Positions 26,003 to 39,763 of a stretch of DNA of 64,000 bases are shown here, piece by piece. Source of the DNA: Eledone cirrhosa (Eukaryota); assembly GCA_964016885.1 (NCBI GenBank), contig OZ024744.1, positions 97,712,001 through 97,776,000 on the forward strand. Direction: 5' to 3'. The notes beneath the pieces are model-generated. The model made no database searches. It had not been told where the DNA came from and was given only the letters and a program-made list of their open reading frames with translations. Position 1 is the stretch's first letter. Each line of letters starts with the position of its first letter. Made by a program: the position numbers and the translations under genes.

Positions 26003-27132
26003 CTATTCTCAAATAATGATGCATCCTAATGGGATCGATTCTTAGAAAAACATGATGTGTATGCGAACAGAAGTTGTTGACCATAACTAACTTCTGAAAA
26101 TTGATATCTGACCCTCTTTTATACCATTAAAGTCTCATAACATAGCCAAGATACTCCTAGTGAATTTAGCAAACCAATGAAAATTGATATCTGACCCTCT
26201 TTTATACCATTAAAGTCTCATAACATGGCCAAGATACTCCTAGTGAATTTAGCAAACCAATGAAAACATTTTCAACAGATTCCACAGGTCTCATTTCTCT
26301 TCGTATCGACAATATACTTTACATGAAATTTGCAGTATTGTTCACGGGGCGCTGCCCCAACTCCGCCGCGCCCTAGACTTAGAAACCATCATCACCACCA
26401 CCACCACCGCCCACCCACCCCTTCTCCCTCACATTCTTCTGTGACCCGAAAACCCTTGCCCTACCCTTCATTTTCCGTTTTTTTTTAAATATCTGTAGTG
26501 TTCTTATTATTTGTTATTATTAGTCTATGATTTTTTTTTGTTAATATAGCACCGCGCCCTAGACCCTTAGCCCAATCACCCCCCACTCTCGCCCCCTCCC
26601 CATTTTTTCTGTGACACTAGAGCCCTTGCTTTTCCCTCCTTTTCCGCTTTTTTAATTATTATTTTACATTCCATTCTTTCTTAATCTTAGTTATCTGAAG
26701 TTTTACAACTCCCTATTAATACATACATATATATATATGTGTAAAACCCTATCATATTTGTATTTAATTTTCATATTGCTTCCCTGGAACAATTTCTTTT
26801 GGCCCAGTTTGTGATGATATTCATAATTAGTGTCATAACATACCCTCTATTTCTTTGCAAACGTTTTATATAAAAAATAAAAAAAAGTTCTCCTAGTAAA
26901 AGGAGTTATTTTCAAATCATGGACAACTCACAAATGAAAGAATAAATACAAAATCAAACGTATATTTTATGTGCTTCTACAAGATTTTTTTTTAGTAGTA
27001 TCATACAGTATGGTCTATATGCTGACTGTAACATTTTTATGGCAGTAAATAATGGTTAGAAATCTCTGATTATAGAAGCTACAAGTACAGTTGAAGATAC
27101 TGCAACTATAAACTTTGATGAGTTTTGAAAAA

Positions 27133-27660
27133 TAATTGTTTCTACTTTTGGCACAAGGCCAGCTATTACTCAGTGCATTACTGGTACTTTATTTTATCGA
27201 CCCCGTAAGAATGAAAGGCAAAGTCAACCTCGACGGTATTTGAACTCAGACCGTAAAAGGACGTAACTATGCTGGAAAGCATGGCGTCCGACCCTCAAAA
27301 ATAATTGTTTCTACTTTTGGCACAAGGCCAGCAATTAACCAGTGCATTACTGGTACTTTATTTTATCGACCCCGTAAGGATAAAAGGCAAAGTTAACCTT
27401 TGATTTGAACTCAGACCGTAAAAGGACGTAACTATGCTGGAAACCATGGCGTCCGACCCTCAAAAATAATTGTTTCTACTTTTGGCACAAGGCCAGCAAT
27501 TATCCCAGTGTATTACTGGTACTTTATTTTATCGACCTCGTAAGGATGAAAGGCAAAGTTAACGCCGGCGGGATTTGAACTCAGTCCGTAAAGGGACGTA
27601 ACTGTGCTGCAAAGCATGGCGTCCGACCCTCTACCGATACTGCCAATCCACCACCCTAGC
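27133..27660 (-). mobile_element. Three head-to-tail Meta-type SINEs
   Basis: About 166-bp units starting AAAAATAATTGTTTCTAC. Confidence 0.9.
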
Positions 27661-28277
27661 ATGGCGTCCGACCCTCTACCGATACTGCCAATCCACCACC
27701 CTAGCATGGCGTCCGACCCTCTACCGATACTGCCAATCCACCACCCTAGCATGGCGTCCGACCCTCTACCGATACTGCCAATCCACCACCCTAGCATGGC
27801 GTCCGACCCTCTACCGATACTGCCAATCCACCACCCTAGCATGGCGTCCGACCCTCTACCGATACTGCCAATCCACCACCCTAGCATGGCGTCCGACCCT
27901 CTACCGATACTGCCAATCCACCACCCTAGCATGGCGTCCGACCCTCTACCGATACTGCCAATCCACCACCCTAGCATGGCGTCCGACCCTCTACCGATAC
28001 TGCCAATCCACCACCCTAGCATGGCGTCCGACCCTCTACCGATACTGCCAATCCACCACCCTAGCATGGCGTCCGACCCTCTACCGATACTGCCAATCCA
28101 CCACCCTAGCATGGTGTCCGACCCTCTACTGATACTGCCAATCCACCACCCTAGCATGGCGTCCGACCCTCTACCGATACTGCCAATCCACCACCCTAGC
28201 ATGGTGTCCGACCCTCTACTGATACTGCCAATCCACCACCCTAGCATGGCGTCCGACCCTCTACCGATACTGCCAAT
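27613..28277. repeat. 45-bp minisatellite, about 15 units, derived from the SINE tRNA head
   Basis: AGCATGGCGTCCGACCCTCTACCGATACTGCCAATCCACCACCCT is the reverse complement of the SINE 5' end. Confidence 0.95.
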
Positions 28278-28599
28278 CTTGGCTGATTCGTTAGAATGTC
28301 TGATAGAATGTATTATGGTATTTATTCATGTTCTCTGCTCTCTGAGTTCAAATCCTGCCGGGGTCAACTTTGCCTTTCATCCTTTCGAGGTCAATAAAAA
28401 AAAGTACCAGTCTAGTACTAGGGTCGATTCTTCCTCTATATCTCTTTCTCATTTCCTCTTTCTCACTCTCTATCTTTCTCTGGAAGAAATCTTCTGTACT
28501 CAGGCCAGGGGAGGGATGGGTTCTGCCAGGTTTAAAATGCCCAAGAAATACTGTATGTCAATACGGGGCCTCTACGACTATATCAGGAATTATACATGA

Positions 28600-28890
28600 G
28601 AAGACCCCCCCTTCGGTCACGAATGACCATGGTTTTTGCACAGACCGGCAGTTGTCCATACATAGCAGTCTCCCCTCTCCGCGCCACCAATGTTGTCTAA
28701 GGGAAAAGCAATGGCTGGTAGAGGTTGGCTCCAGTGACGTCGCAACTCATTTCTACAGCTGAGTAAACTGGAGCAACATGAAATAAAGTGTCTTGCTCAA
28801 GGACACAACGCATCACCTGGTCCGAGAATCGAACTTACAACCTTTCGATTGCAAGCCCAATGCTCTAACCACTAAGCCATACGCCTTCAC
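28600..28890 (-). mobile_element. CORE-like tRNA SINE (related copies at about 32200-32330, 42976-43090, 48530-48640, 59395-59640)
   Basis: GGCTTAGTGGTTAG..GTTCGATTC..TGTCCTTGAGCAAGACACTT on the minus strand. Confidence 0.7.
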
Positions 28891-31270
28891 CATACATGAT
28901 GGCTGCAGACTCTTCTAAGAGTGCTGCAATCGCTTGTCAGATTATAGATTTTGGTGCACTTTTAGGCAACGGCCAGTCACACAAACCTGTAACAGACCCT
29001 GAACAAGCAATGCCTGTGCTTTGAAGGTTTTCTGAGCATCGCAAACACTACCCGAAAAGGAGAACTAGTCAACATCATCGGATGCTTACAAAGCCGCAGG
29101 CTTTTTTTTTCAGAGATTCCCTCTCATAGAAAGGTGTTGTGACAACAGCTGGGGCCTTTCACACCCAGGTTAAAAAAAAAATGGCCGTTGACTCTGCTGA
29201 GTTCCTCCGCCTTTTGCCGAGTCATGTATTTCATCCTCCATACATACATAGATACATACATACAGTGTGTTCAAGAGGAACATGGCCAGAGAGTGTATTA
29301 TCAAGTGTATTGTGTATGCCTCTACAGGTTTACGAGAAGTAGTATGTATGTCTGTAATGAGTGTACCAGCAGTAGACAACAGATGTTCTACTATAATTGT
29401 GACATACCGCCTTCTGCTAGACAACGCCAGGCCGTTGGCTTATTTCCAATTATTGGTGACAGGTTTCTATTTCTCAGTATTACGATATACGCTAAGCCAT
29501 GGTGTGTAAATACTGTTTCATAGCCCATAGCTTTCTGATATCAGCATTAATGGCATCATGACTTGATGTTTTTCTTATTTTTTTCTTTTTCCTGGAAATG
29601 CATGAAATAATTGCGTTTCGCCTTTCAATGAAGTCTTTCACAATTTCTACAGGAGTGTTAAAAACAAAATGGACGTAAAACGGCGATGATGATGGTGATA
29701 GCGGTGGTAGTGGTGATGGTGGTGGTGATGGTGGTGGTGGTGGTGGTGGTGGCAGTGGCGGTGGTGGTGGTGGCGGTGGTGATGGTGGCAGTGTGGTGGT
29801 AGTGATGTATATATATGTATATATATATATATATATATAGTAATAATAAATTTGAAGACTAAAATCCAGATTGACTTTGTTAGTTTCAGAAGATCCCGTT
29901 AAGGGTGAAAGCAGCGATTCTTTGCTTAAACTTTAATCTATTATTTTAATAAATACATATATATACGCACCATCTTCACCCTACAGACCCACACTCCCCC
30001 CGGCCTGAACTCCCCACCCCTATTCCTTTAGCCTTCGACCGCCATGTCCCCTCCCCCACACATATATCCCCTACTAACACTATAACACACCCCTCCTTTT
30101 CACCGCCCACCCCACAACTAACAATACTAACACCCCCACCCCACACCCGACCACCCTTCTCCAACAAACAATACTAACATCCCCCCTCCTCTTATCACGC
30201 ACACACCCACCGGTACATATATACACGCACTCACACTAACCACACACCCTACTACCACCACTAACCCTCACACCCACACATCCACTCCCACCACCCCACA
30301 ACTAATACCACTAACACCGCCCCCCCCGACCCCACGCACACGAACATACGCACCCACTTACACCACCCAATCTACACACCCTACCACCACTAACCCCCCA
30401 CTAACACCTCTACAAATACACCCCCTCCTCACTCCAGCTTTCACACCTACCCATCCTCTCCCCTGTCCACCGCACCTCCGCACACACTAACACACCGACT
30501 TTCTCCACCTGCCATTCTCCCCGACTGCTGCTATGCCCTGAATCTCTGACCACCTCTCCGCACACACAGACACACAACCCTCCTCCTGCCTTGACCCTCT
30601 GGCCACTTCCCGTTGCGCTCGCACCTCACATCTCCCCTCTTCCGACCAACCCAACCACGGATTACACACATTGGACATTGCTCCCACGAATCAACTCCAT
30701 CACAAGGAAATTACCCGGCATCCCACCACATCCGCTACGGAATTACCTTAGGAACTCACCCACGGACATACACTAAAATAATTTTTTTCCCACACGCCAC
30801 CTACACCCACAATACGTTAAAACACCACACACACGTGCGTACCACCACATATTTGTACACTCAGCCTCCGGAATTCTCTCCTCCCCTCCTCCACCCCTCT
30901 GACCCCTCCCCATCCACACACGCACACACACTCCGACCTACACCCCACCCCACACACACCTCTTCCTGAACATGCAACCCCGTTCTTCCCCCAACTCTTA
31001 CTTTCACATACACACACACACACGTACACCTACACACACACCACCTTCAGCCCTCCCCGCTCGGACACCCCGCCTCCATCTCCCCACTCCACCCGCCCCC
31101 ACCCCTACACGCCCCACACCCTTCCACCATTTGTTTTACTTCATGTTTATTTTTATTTTTATTATGCTTTTATATTTATTTTCATTTGTACCGTTTCCTC
31201 TCATCCCCTTTCTTCTAAATGTCTCTCCCCCCACTCCCCTACACACCCTTGGAACTCTCTTCCCACACAC

Positions 31271-31310
31271 TTTTCGCCTGAAGAAGGGCTTATGCCCGAA
31301 ACGTCGTTCC
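31271..31310 (+). ncRNA. Ultra-minimal hammerhead motif in a Penelope-like 3' end
   Basis: CTGAAGA-AGGGC(TTAT)GCCC-GAAA-CG-TC; stem I weak; homolog on the minus strand at 56545-56586. Confidence 0.6.
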
Positions 31311-31393
31311 CCACCACCACCCCGCTCTCAAGAGCGTGAAACTAATAAACCTTTGTTCGTACTGCCTCTCTGTTTTGTTCCCGTTCAATTTTT

Positions 31394-31510
<117 letters not shown>

Positions 31511-31539
31511 GATCAAAAGATGGTTAAAAGAGTTCTAAG

Positions 31540-31610
31540 TATTTTATTATGCGCATTTCAAAAACAAATATCATCATGGGATGATATCTGCGTTCTCATC
31601 AGATAAAATA
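31540..31610 (-). ncRNA. Minimal type I hammerhead motif
   Basis: Reverse complement: TATTTTAT-CTGATGA-GAACGCAGATATCATCCCATGATGATATTTGTTTTT-GAAA-TGCGCA-TA-ATAAAATA. Confidence 0.75.
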
Positions 31611-31700
31611 GGGAGACATGATATGAAGCTTAAAAAACACTTGTAAGCAGTGAAGTTTTAAATCAACATATATATATATATATATATAAGTATAAATATA

Positions 31701-31745
<45 letters not shown>

Positions 31746-31831
31746 CAAAGGAATTGTGGTAAGGAACCAGATGGACCATAACGCACCAGAGTACTCAATA
31801 CTTAGGGTAGTAAAGTGGGAAATAGGAAAAA

Positions 31832-31881
<50 letters not shown>

Positions 31882-32521
31882 ATGTATATATATAGATATA
31901 TATATACACGTGTGTATGTCTATCCAAAATGGCTGACTGAATACACACGTGGTTTTCTAAAAAGAAAATGTTGGCATTCCTTTCTCTTCTCACTGTCTAT
32001 CTGTCTATTTTATCTTTTATTTCACTCATTCTATCTTCTGAAGTGTGTATGGATAAATGTATTTGTGTAAATATGTATGTGTAAATGCGTGTGTAAATAT
32101 GTTCGTGTGTGTGTGTAAATATGTGCGTGTGTGTGTGTATATAAATATGTGTGTGTAGATAAGTATGCTTGCGTGTATGTTAAGAAATTAACTTTGCAGC
32201 CACGTGGTCTCGAGATTGGTCCTACTGTGTAGCACTTTGGGCAAGTGTTATCTCATAATAGTCCTGCGTTGACCAATACTTTCTAGGTGATATTTGTTCG
32301 ACAGAGACTGTGCAGAAGCCTGACGGCAAAATGGTGATGGATGAAAATGTACCAGGCGTTTTGAAAGTTACGTACTGGCAACTATATGATTAACTAAAAC
32401 CCTTAAAGGAGGTAGCACAGCATAGTCGGAGACAAAGTATTACAGTCAGTCAAAGATACACACATATACGGACTTTTCCTCAGTCATAATCTTGCTACAT
32501 ACATATATACATATATATGTA

Positions 32522-33070
<549 letters not shown>

Positions 33071-33335
33071 GTATATATATACATACATATGTACATACAT
33101 ATATACATACATACATATGTACATACATACATACTTGCATACATGTTTACATACATACATTTGTACATACATACATACGTACGTACCTACATACATACAT
33201 ATGTACATACATACATACTTACATACATATGTACATACATATATACATACATACTTACATACATACGTACATACATACATACATACATACATACATACAT
33301 ACATACATACATACATACATACATACATACATACA

Positions 33336-33698
33336 TGGTGGCTGCCAAATCGTTTTCGAGTACGGCCACTACTTTATATCCATGTAGGAGAACTCCTACC
33401 GATGCGCTGAACGAGTGTGACTTTTTACTCCAGCCAGCAACTTGAAAACTCTGGTACAAACACTACACCTGTGACAAATATTGACACATAGTGCTGGGCA
33501 CATGATACCATGTGATGACAAGTGCAGAGAGATCTCCAGATATAAAGCAATGCCTGTGCCGTGAAGCTTTTATAGTGACCAAGGGCACTGCACAAAGCCA
33601 GTCCCACTCTCTTAACCAAGATGATATTTACCAAAAAGAAGAACAAGTCAACATCATTGGATACCATCAGAGTTGCAGGTGTTATATCAGAGTTTTCC
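33336..33698 (+). mobile_element. Unclassified repeat inserted in (CATA)n
   Basis: Matches 4550-4981 in the opposite orientation. Confidence 0.75.
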
Positions 33699-33908
33699 AT
33701 ACATACATACATACATACATACATACATACATACATACATGCATACATACATACATACATACATACAAACATACATACATACATATATACATACATGATG
33801 GCTGCCCCCTCGTCATCGAGTATGGCCATTGCACGAGGAGAAAGGAAAAAAAAAATAACAATAATAATAATAATAAATAAATAAAAATAAAATTAAAAAA
33901 AAAAAGAA

Positions 33909-33939
<31 letters not shown>

Positions 33940-34130
33940 CATACACATATACACACACACACTCACACACATATACACACACACATACATTAATAACAAT
34001 AATAATAATAATAATCATAACAACAATAATAATAACGACAACAACAATAATAATATACATATACATATATATATACACACAAACGCACACACATAAGCAT
34101 ATCTAGACACACACACACACACGATAGCAA

Positions 34131-34494
34131 CTAACAGCGCTGCGATCGAATGTGGCTTTTTAGCCCAGCCAATGATCTAAAATGTCTTGCACAGAGTCGG
34201 CAACCAAAACATTCACTGGGAATAGTCGGCTGTGGTTGGAGTTTTGCATGTCGCTTGAGCCCTCCTGCTGATTTACATTCTCTACCACATGTTTGGCAAG
34301 CATGATGAGTAGCATCTCCAACAGCAGCCTGGTAGTCAACCACTGGTCTTACTTTATGACTGCGAATATGACTTTCGAGTCCAGCTTTGCTTAGGCAGAG
34401 TCTCGCACAGACGCTGCATGTCAGCGCCATAGGAGGACCCTCGCCATCTGGAAGTGCAACAGCAATGCCCTTCCTCACATCCCACTTTACTTTC
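34131..34494 (-). mobile_element. RTE-like LINE 3' end with three C2H2-like zinc fingers
   Basis: CSVCARLCLSKAGLESHIRSH, CQTCGRECKSAGGLKRH, CRLCARHFRSLAGLKSH; begins abruptly in (TATG)n. Confidence 0.6.
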
Positions 34495-34604
34495 ATACAT
34501 ACATACATACATACATACATACATACATACATACATACATACATTCATACATACATTCATACATACATACATACAACATACATACATACATACAACATAC
34601 ATAC

Positions 34605-34852
34605 ATACATACATACATACATTCTACAAGTAGAATACACGAACCAATGGTACTGCAGAACAAGATACCGGAACCACGTGGTGGTGAAAGGAAAGTCTTA
34701 AACCCCATACCGCCATGATTGCGCCTTTATATATGTCTGCGCACACATACACACACACATACACACTCACACACAGATATACACACACACATACACATAT
34801 ACATACACACTCACAAACATGCACATATGCACACACATATACACACACTTAC

Positions 34853-34883
<31 letters not shown>

Positions 34884-34899
34884 TTCATACTTATATATG

Positions 34900-34931
<32 letters not shown>

Positions 34932-35075
34932 AGTGTGTATGTGGTGGTGTATGTGTGTGTGCGCAGACATATATAAAGGCGCAATCATGGCGGTATGGGG
35001 TTTAAGACTTTCCTTTCACTACCACGTGGTTCGGGTATCTTATTCTACTTGTAGAATGTATGTATGTATGTATGT
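34605..35075. repeat. Inverted duplication (about 34620-34748 vs 34955-35058) including a SINE head
   Basis: ATTCTACAAGTAGAATA..GCGCACACA mirrored, one arm with a deletion of about 25 bp. Confidence 0.85.
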
Positions 35076-35093
35076 GGTATGTATGTATGTATG

Positions 35094-35127
<34 letters not shown>

Positions 35128-35443
35128 TGTATGTATGTATGTATGTATGTATGTATGTATGTATGTATGTATGTATGTATGTATGTATGTATGTACATAT
35201 GTATGTCTGTTTGTGTGTGTGTGTAAGAGAGAGGGAAAGAGAGACAGACAAGCTGACATACGGACAGACAGATATATATATATATATACACATATATATA
35301 TATATCAAAGGTATGTATAGGACCAGATTCGCAAAGGTGAAAAGAATACTAACTACAGACAATAGGGTTTGTTAGACTCACAATTTCATACTTATATATG
35401 CATAAGGTAAGTATATACGTTCAACAATCTGGCAGGAAGGTAT

Positions 35444-35486
35444 ACGTTGCTGACGATAGCTAATAAGCTTGAAACTAGTACAGCGT
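35444..35486 (+). ncRNA. Minimal type I hammerhead motif
   Basis: ACGTTG-CTGACGA-TAGC(TAATAA)GCTT-GAAA-CTAG-TA-CAGCGT. Confidence 0.75.
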
Positions 35487-35689
35487 TCCTTTGTCAGTGT
35501 TGAACAAACGAGCAACGATGGTTGCTAGACACTACGGCTTAATTCGGGATGTTTGTTTACAAACACACCGAGCATTATAATAAATGTTCGGTGAATCCAT
35601 ACGTATATATATATATATGTGCATGTATGTATATATATATATACTACTGTATGTCTGTATACATATATGTATGTACGTATACATACTTA

Positions 35690-35737
35690 TATTCATACTT
35701 ATATATATGTGTATGTGTGTGTGTGTGTGTGTCTGTT

Positions 35738-35789
<52 letters not shown>

Positions 35790-35868
35790 TTTAAGGGACA
35801 GACAGGTATATATATATATATACATTTTCATACTTATATTATATATATATATATGTGTGTGTGTGTGT

Positions 35869-35914
<46 letters not shown>

Positions 35915-36003
35915 CAGACAGTTTAAGGGACAGACAGGTATATATATATATATATATACATTTTCATACTTATATTATATATATATATATGTGTGTGTCT
36001 GTT

Positions 36004-36040
<37 letters not shown>

Positions 36041-36218
36041 CAGACAGTTTAAGGGACAGACAGGCATATATATATATATATATATATACGTTTTCATACT
36101 TATATTATATATATATATATATATATACGTTATTCCGGGTTGAATCGGAGGTAACCACAGTAAGTAAGGTACTCAATACATAGCAGAGTATAACAGTTTT
36201 AATATAGATGAGATTCTC

Positions 36219-36264
<46 letters not shown>

Positions 36265-36269
36265 CTGTT

Positions 36270-36347
<78 letters not shown>

Positions 36348-36384
36348 TTTAAGGGACAGACAGGTATATATACATTTTCATACT

Positions 36385-36417
<33 letters not shown>

Positions 36418-36430
36418 CTGTTTGTGTGAG
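35690..36430. repeat. Higher-order repeat of microsatellites, (TA)(TG)(GA) + CAGTTTAAGGGACAGACAGG, 4-5 units
   Basis: Core at about 35787, 35919, 36045, 36345. Confidence 0.9.
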
Positions 36431-36910
36431 AGAGATAGAGATAAAGAGAGACAGACAGACAGACAGACATACATACAGACAGACAGATAGACAGAGGCTG
36501 AGACAGAGAGACAGACAGACAGACAGAGAGAGGCTGAGACAGAGAGATGAGGGAAAGAGGGAAAAAGGGAAAGAAGGTGAGAAATTGAACGCGAATAAGA
36601 AGAACCGCGTGATAGGATGGCAGACCATTCTAAGAGTCGAATATGTGTGTGTGTGTGTGTAAGTGCATATGTGTGTGTATGAGTGAGTGTGTGTGTGTGA
36701 ATGTGTGTGTGTGTAAGTGCATATGTGTGTGTATGAGTGAGTGTGTGTGTGTGTGTGTGTATGAGTATGTGTGTGCATGTGTGTGGTGTGTGTGTGTGTA
36801 ATGAGTATGTGTGTGCATGTGTGTGTGTGTATGAGTATGTTTGGTGTATGTGTGTGAGTGCGTGTGTGCATGTATGTATGAGTGTGTGTTTGTATGTGTG
36901 TGTGTATGAG

Positions 36911-36947
<37 letters not shown>

Positions 36948-37571
36948 TGTTTGTGTGTGTGTGTGTGTGTGTGTATGTGTGTATATGTGTGTGTATATGT
37001 ATGAGAGTGTGTATGTGTGTATGTGTGTATGTGTGTATGTATGTGTGTGTAGCCCCCCCCCCGCAGACGTCTACCAATTATAATACTTTATCCCTGCTTC
37101 CTAAAAGCTTGAGGGTGTAACATATAAAAAGTAAAAAACAAAAACAACCCCCTCCCCCCAAAGAACAATAAAAAAAAAATAAAATAAAATGTAGCGATTA
37201 GACGAACAAAAAAAAATCGGGTGGCGGGGTTTAGGTGTGTGTAGTGATGGCGGGTGGGGGAGTTCGATGTAATATGATATGTCTGAGACTGTTCAAAAAC
37301 ACAAGGGTGGAATCGGGTAGGACAGAAGCGGGTGACAGTCAATAGAGAGACAAGACACTGAACACAATATTGGAACAAAGAAAGAGAGAGAGAAAAGAAA
37401 GAAAGAAAGAAAAATAGATAGTGGGAGAGAAAGGGGTGGTGGTGGAGAGAGAGATGGAAAGAGAGATGGAAAGAGAGAGGGAAAGAGAGAGGGGGTGAGA
37501 GAAAGAGAACAGAGAGAGAGAGAGAAAGAGAAATATATATATATAGAGAGAGAGAAGGGAAGAGAGAGAGA

Positions 37572-37619
<48 letters not shown>

Positions 37620-38809
37620 GAGAGAGAGAGAAGCGAAGCGAAGAGATAGATAGAGAGAGAGAAGCGAAGAGAGAGATAGAGAGAGAGAGAAGAAGAGATG
37701 AGAAAGAGAAGGGAAGAGAGAGAAGAGATGAGAGGGAGAGAGAGAGAGAGAGAAGGGAAGAAAGAGAGAAAGGAAGAGAGGGAGAATGGAAGAAGGGGAA
37801 GAAAGAGAAAGAGAGAGACTTCATTTAAGTGAAATCAGTTTTCTTGAACCGGAGAATATTCAAAGAGACACAAGCTCCGCATGATAACATCTGGTAAAAT
37901 AAAAGAAATGATAACATCTGGTAAAATAAAAGAAAAATGCTAATATAGTTTGTGTTCTTCATCAAAATAATTCAGCGTTCCTACCATTTCGTGTCTTTAC
38001 AAACAATTTTAACTGGGATAGGAATGGACCTCCGTCGATCTCCGACGATGAACGTTCGTTCCAAATGTTCGATCACTCGTGAAATTAACGTGTGACTTGA
38101 GTGAACACCACGCCCACCCCAAAACCCCACACCATAAACTATTTTTAAATTTTTTTTTTAATTGAAATATAGGAACTATCAATCTGACAGGCTTCCAAAC
38201 AGCTTCCGTCTACTTAGTTTCACTCACAAAAACATGAGTCGACCCGAGGCTATGGTAAATGAGACTGGCACAAGTTTCCACGCAGTGGGATTAAACCTGG
38301 AACCTAGTGATTGCGAAGCATAATTCTAACGCACAGGACAATGCTGCGTTCACATTTAAACAACACGTGTAATTGGACAGATTTTAGGGACAAAAAACCA
38401 ACAGACAGGAGACCCAGGGGGTAGACCCTGAGCAAGATGGTTGGATAACATCCACGAGCTTGACTAGTCTTGCTTGGGTATCAAGCCAGAGCAACTGGAC
38501 ACACAACCAACCGGCAAGAGACCCAGGGGGTAGACCCTGAGCAAGATGGTTGGATAGCATCCATGAGTTTGGCTGGTCTCGCATGTGGATCCACCGGATC
38601 CGTTGGAGACGGTTGCTTCTGAACAGGACCTGCTGAAGGGAGTGTTTGAGGACTCTGCACTCACGACCCTCACAAGAAGTAGGCGATGACGAAGAGAAGA
38701 AATATATTATATAAACGACTAGATGTGGACATTTCCCTAAAATCGAGAATTTCGGCAAACAACTAAATTTCTAGTCACAACAATGGAAAATAAATATATT
38801 TTCCATATA

Positions 38810-39255
38810 ATAATTGTTTCTTCTTTTGGCACAAGGCCAGCAATTAAAGAACGTAAAGGACCGTAACTCTATGCTGCAAAGCATGGTGTCCGACCCCACT
38901 ACCGACACTGCCAATCCACCGCCCTTTTTCCATATAATAATTGTTTCTACTTTAGGCACAAGGCCAGCAATTACCCAGTGCATTACTGGTACTTTATTTT
39001 ATCGATCCCGTAAGGATGAAAGGCAAAGTCAACCTCAATGGTTTCAAATAAAGGCACAAGGCCAGTAATTTAGGGGGAGCGGAAAGTCGATTAAATCAAC
39101 CCCAGTACGTTATTGGTACTTATTTTATCGACCCCCGTAAGGATGAAAGGCCTAGTTAAACTTGGCGGGATTTGAACTCAGAACGTAAAGGGCCTTAACT
39201 CTATGCTGCAAAGCATGGTGTCCGACGCTCTCCCGATACTGTCATTCTACCGCCT
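38810..39255 (-). mobile_element. Rearranged cluster of Meta-type SINEs
   Basis: Partial and full copies of the consensus. Confidence 0.85.
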
Positions 39256-39546
39256 TATTTTCGATGGATCTCCGTCGGTTTCAGCGATGAGTGTTCCAGT
39301 TGTTTGATCAACGGAACAGTTTGCTCATGAAAGTAATGTGCAAGTGGCTGAGTATTCCATAGACACGTGCGCCATTAACGTTATTCTCAGAGAGATTCAG
39401 TAGGACACAGTATATGGCAAGGATGGTCCTTTGAATTACATTCACACTATTTCTTAGTGAAATTCTTCAACATGACACAGCGTGTGACAAAGTTGTCCTT
39501 TTGAAATACAGATACAATTTCTCTCTTTCTCTCTCTCTCTTTCTTT

Positions 39547-39690
<144 letters not shown>

Positions 39691-39763
39691 GAAATACGTA
39701 GATAAATAGGTAAATAGACAGATTGGCAGAGACACAAACAGATAGATAGAAAGATAGATATGT

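Noticed and set aside
27513-28599. 244-aa and 331-aa repetitive ORFs; CRISPR-like look
   Set aside because: Contiguous 45-bp SINE-derived units with no spacers
29884-29930. CAGAAGA-TCCC..GGGT-GAAA motif
   Set aside because: Core U4 mutated and no stem I; not counted
37825-37890. Strong minus-strand acceptor CTTTTATTTTACCAG
   Set aside because: Frames close quickly, no NIDO similarity, and it is part of a 28-bp duplication
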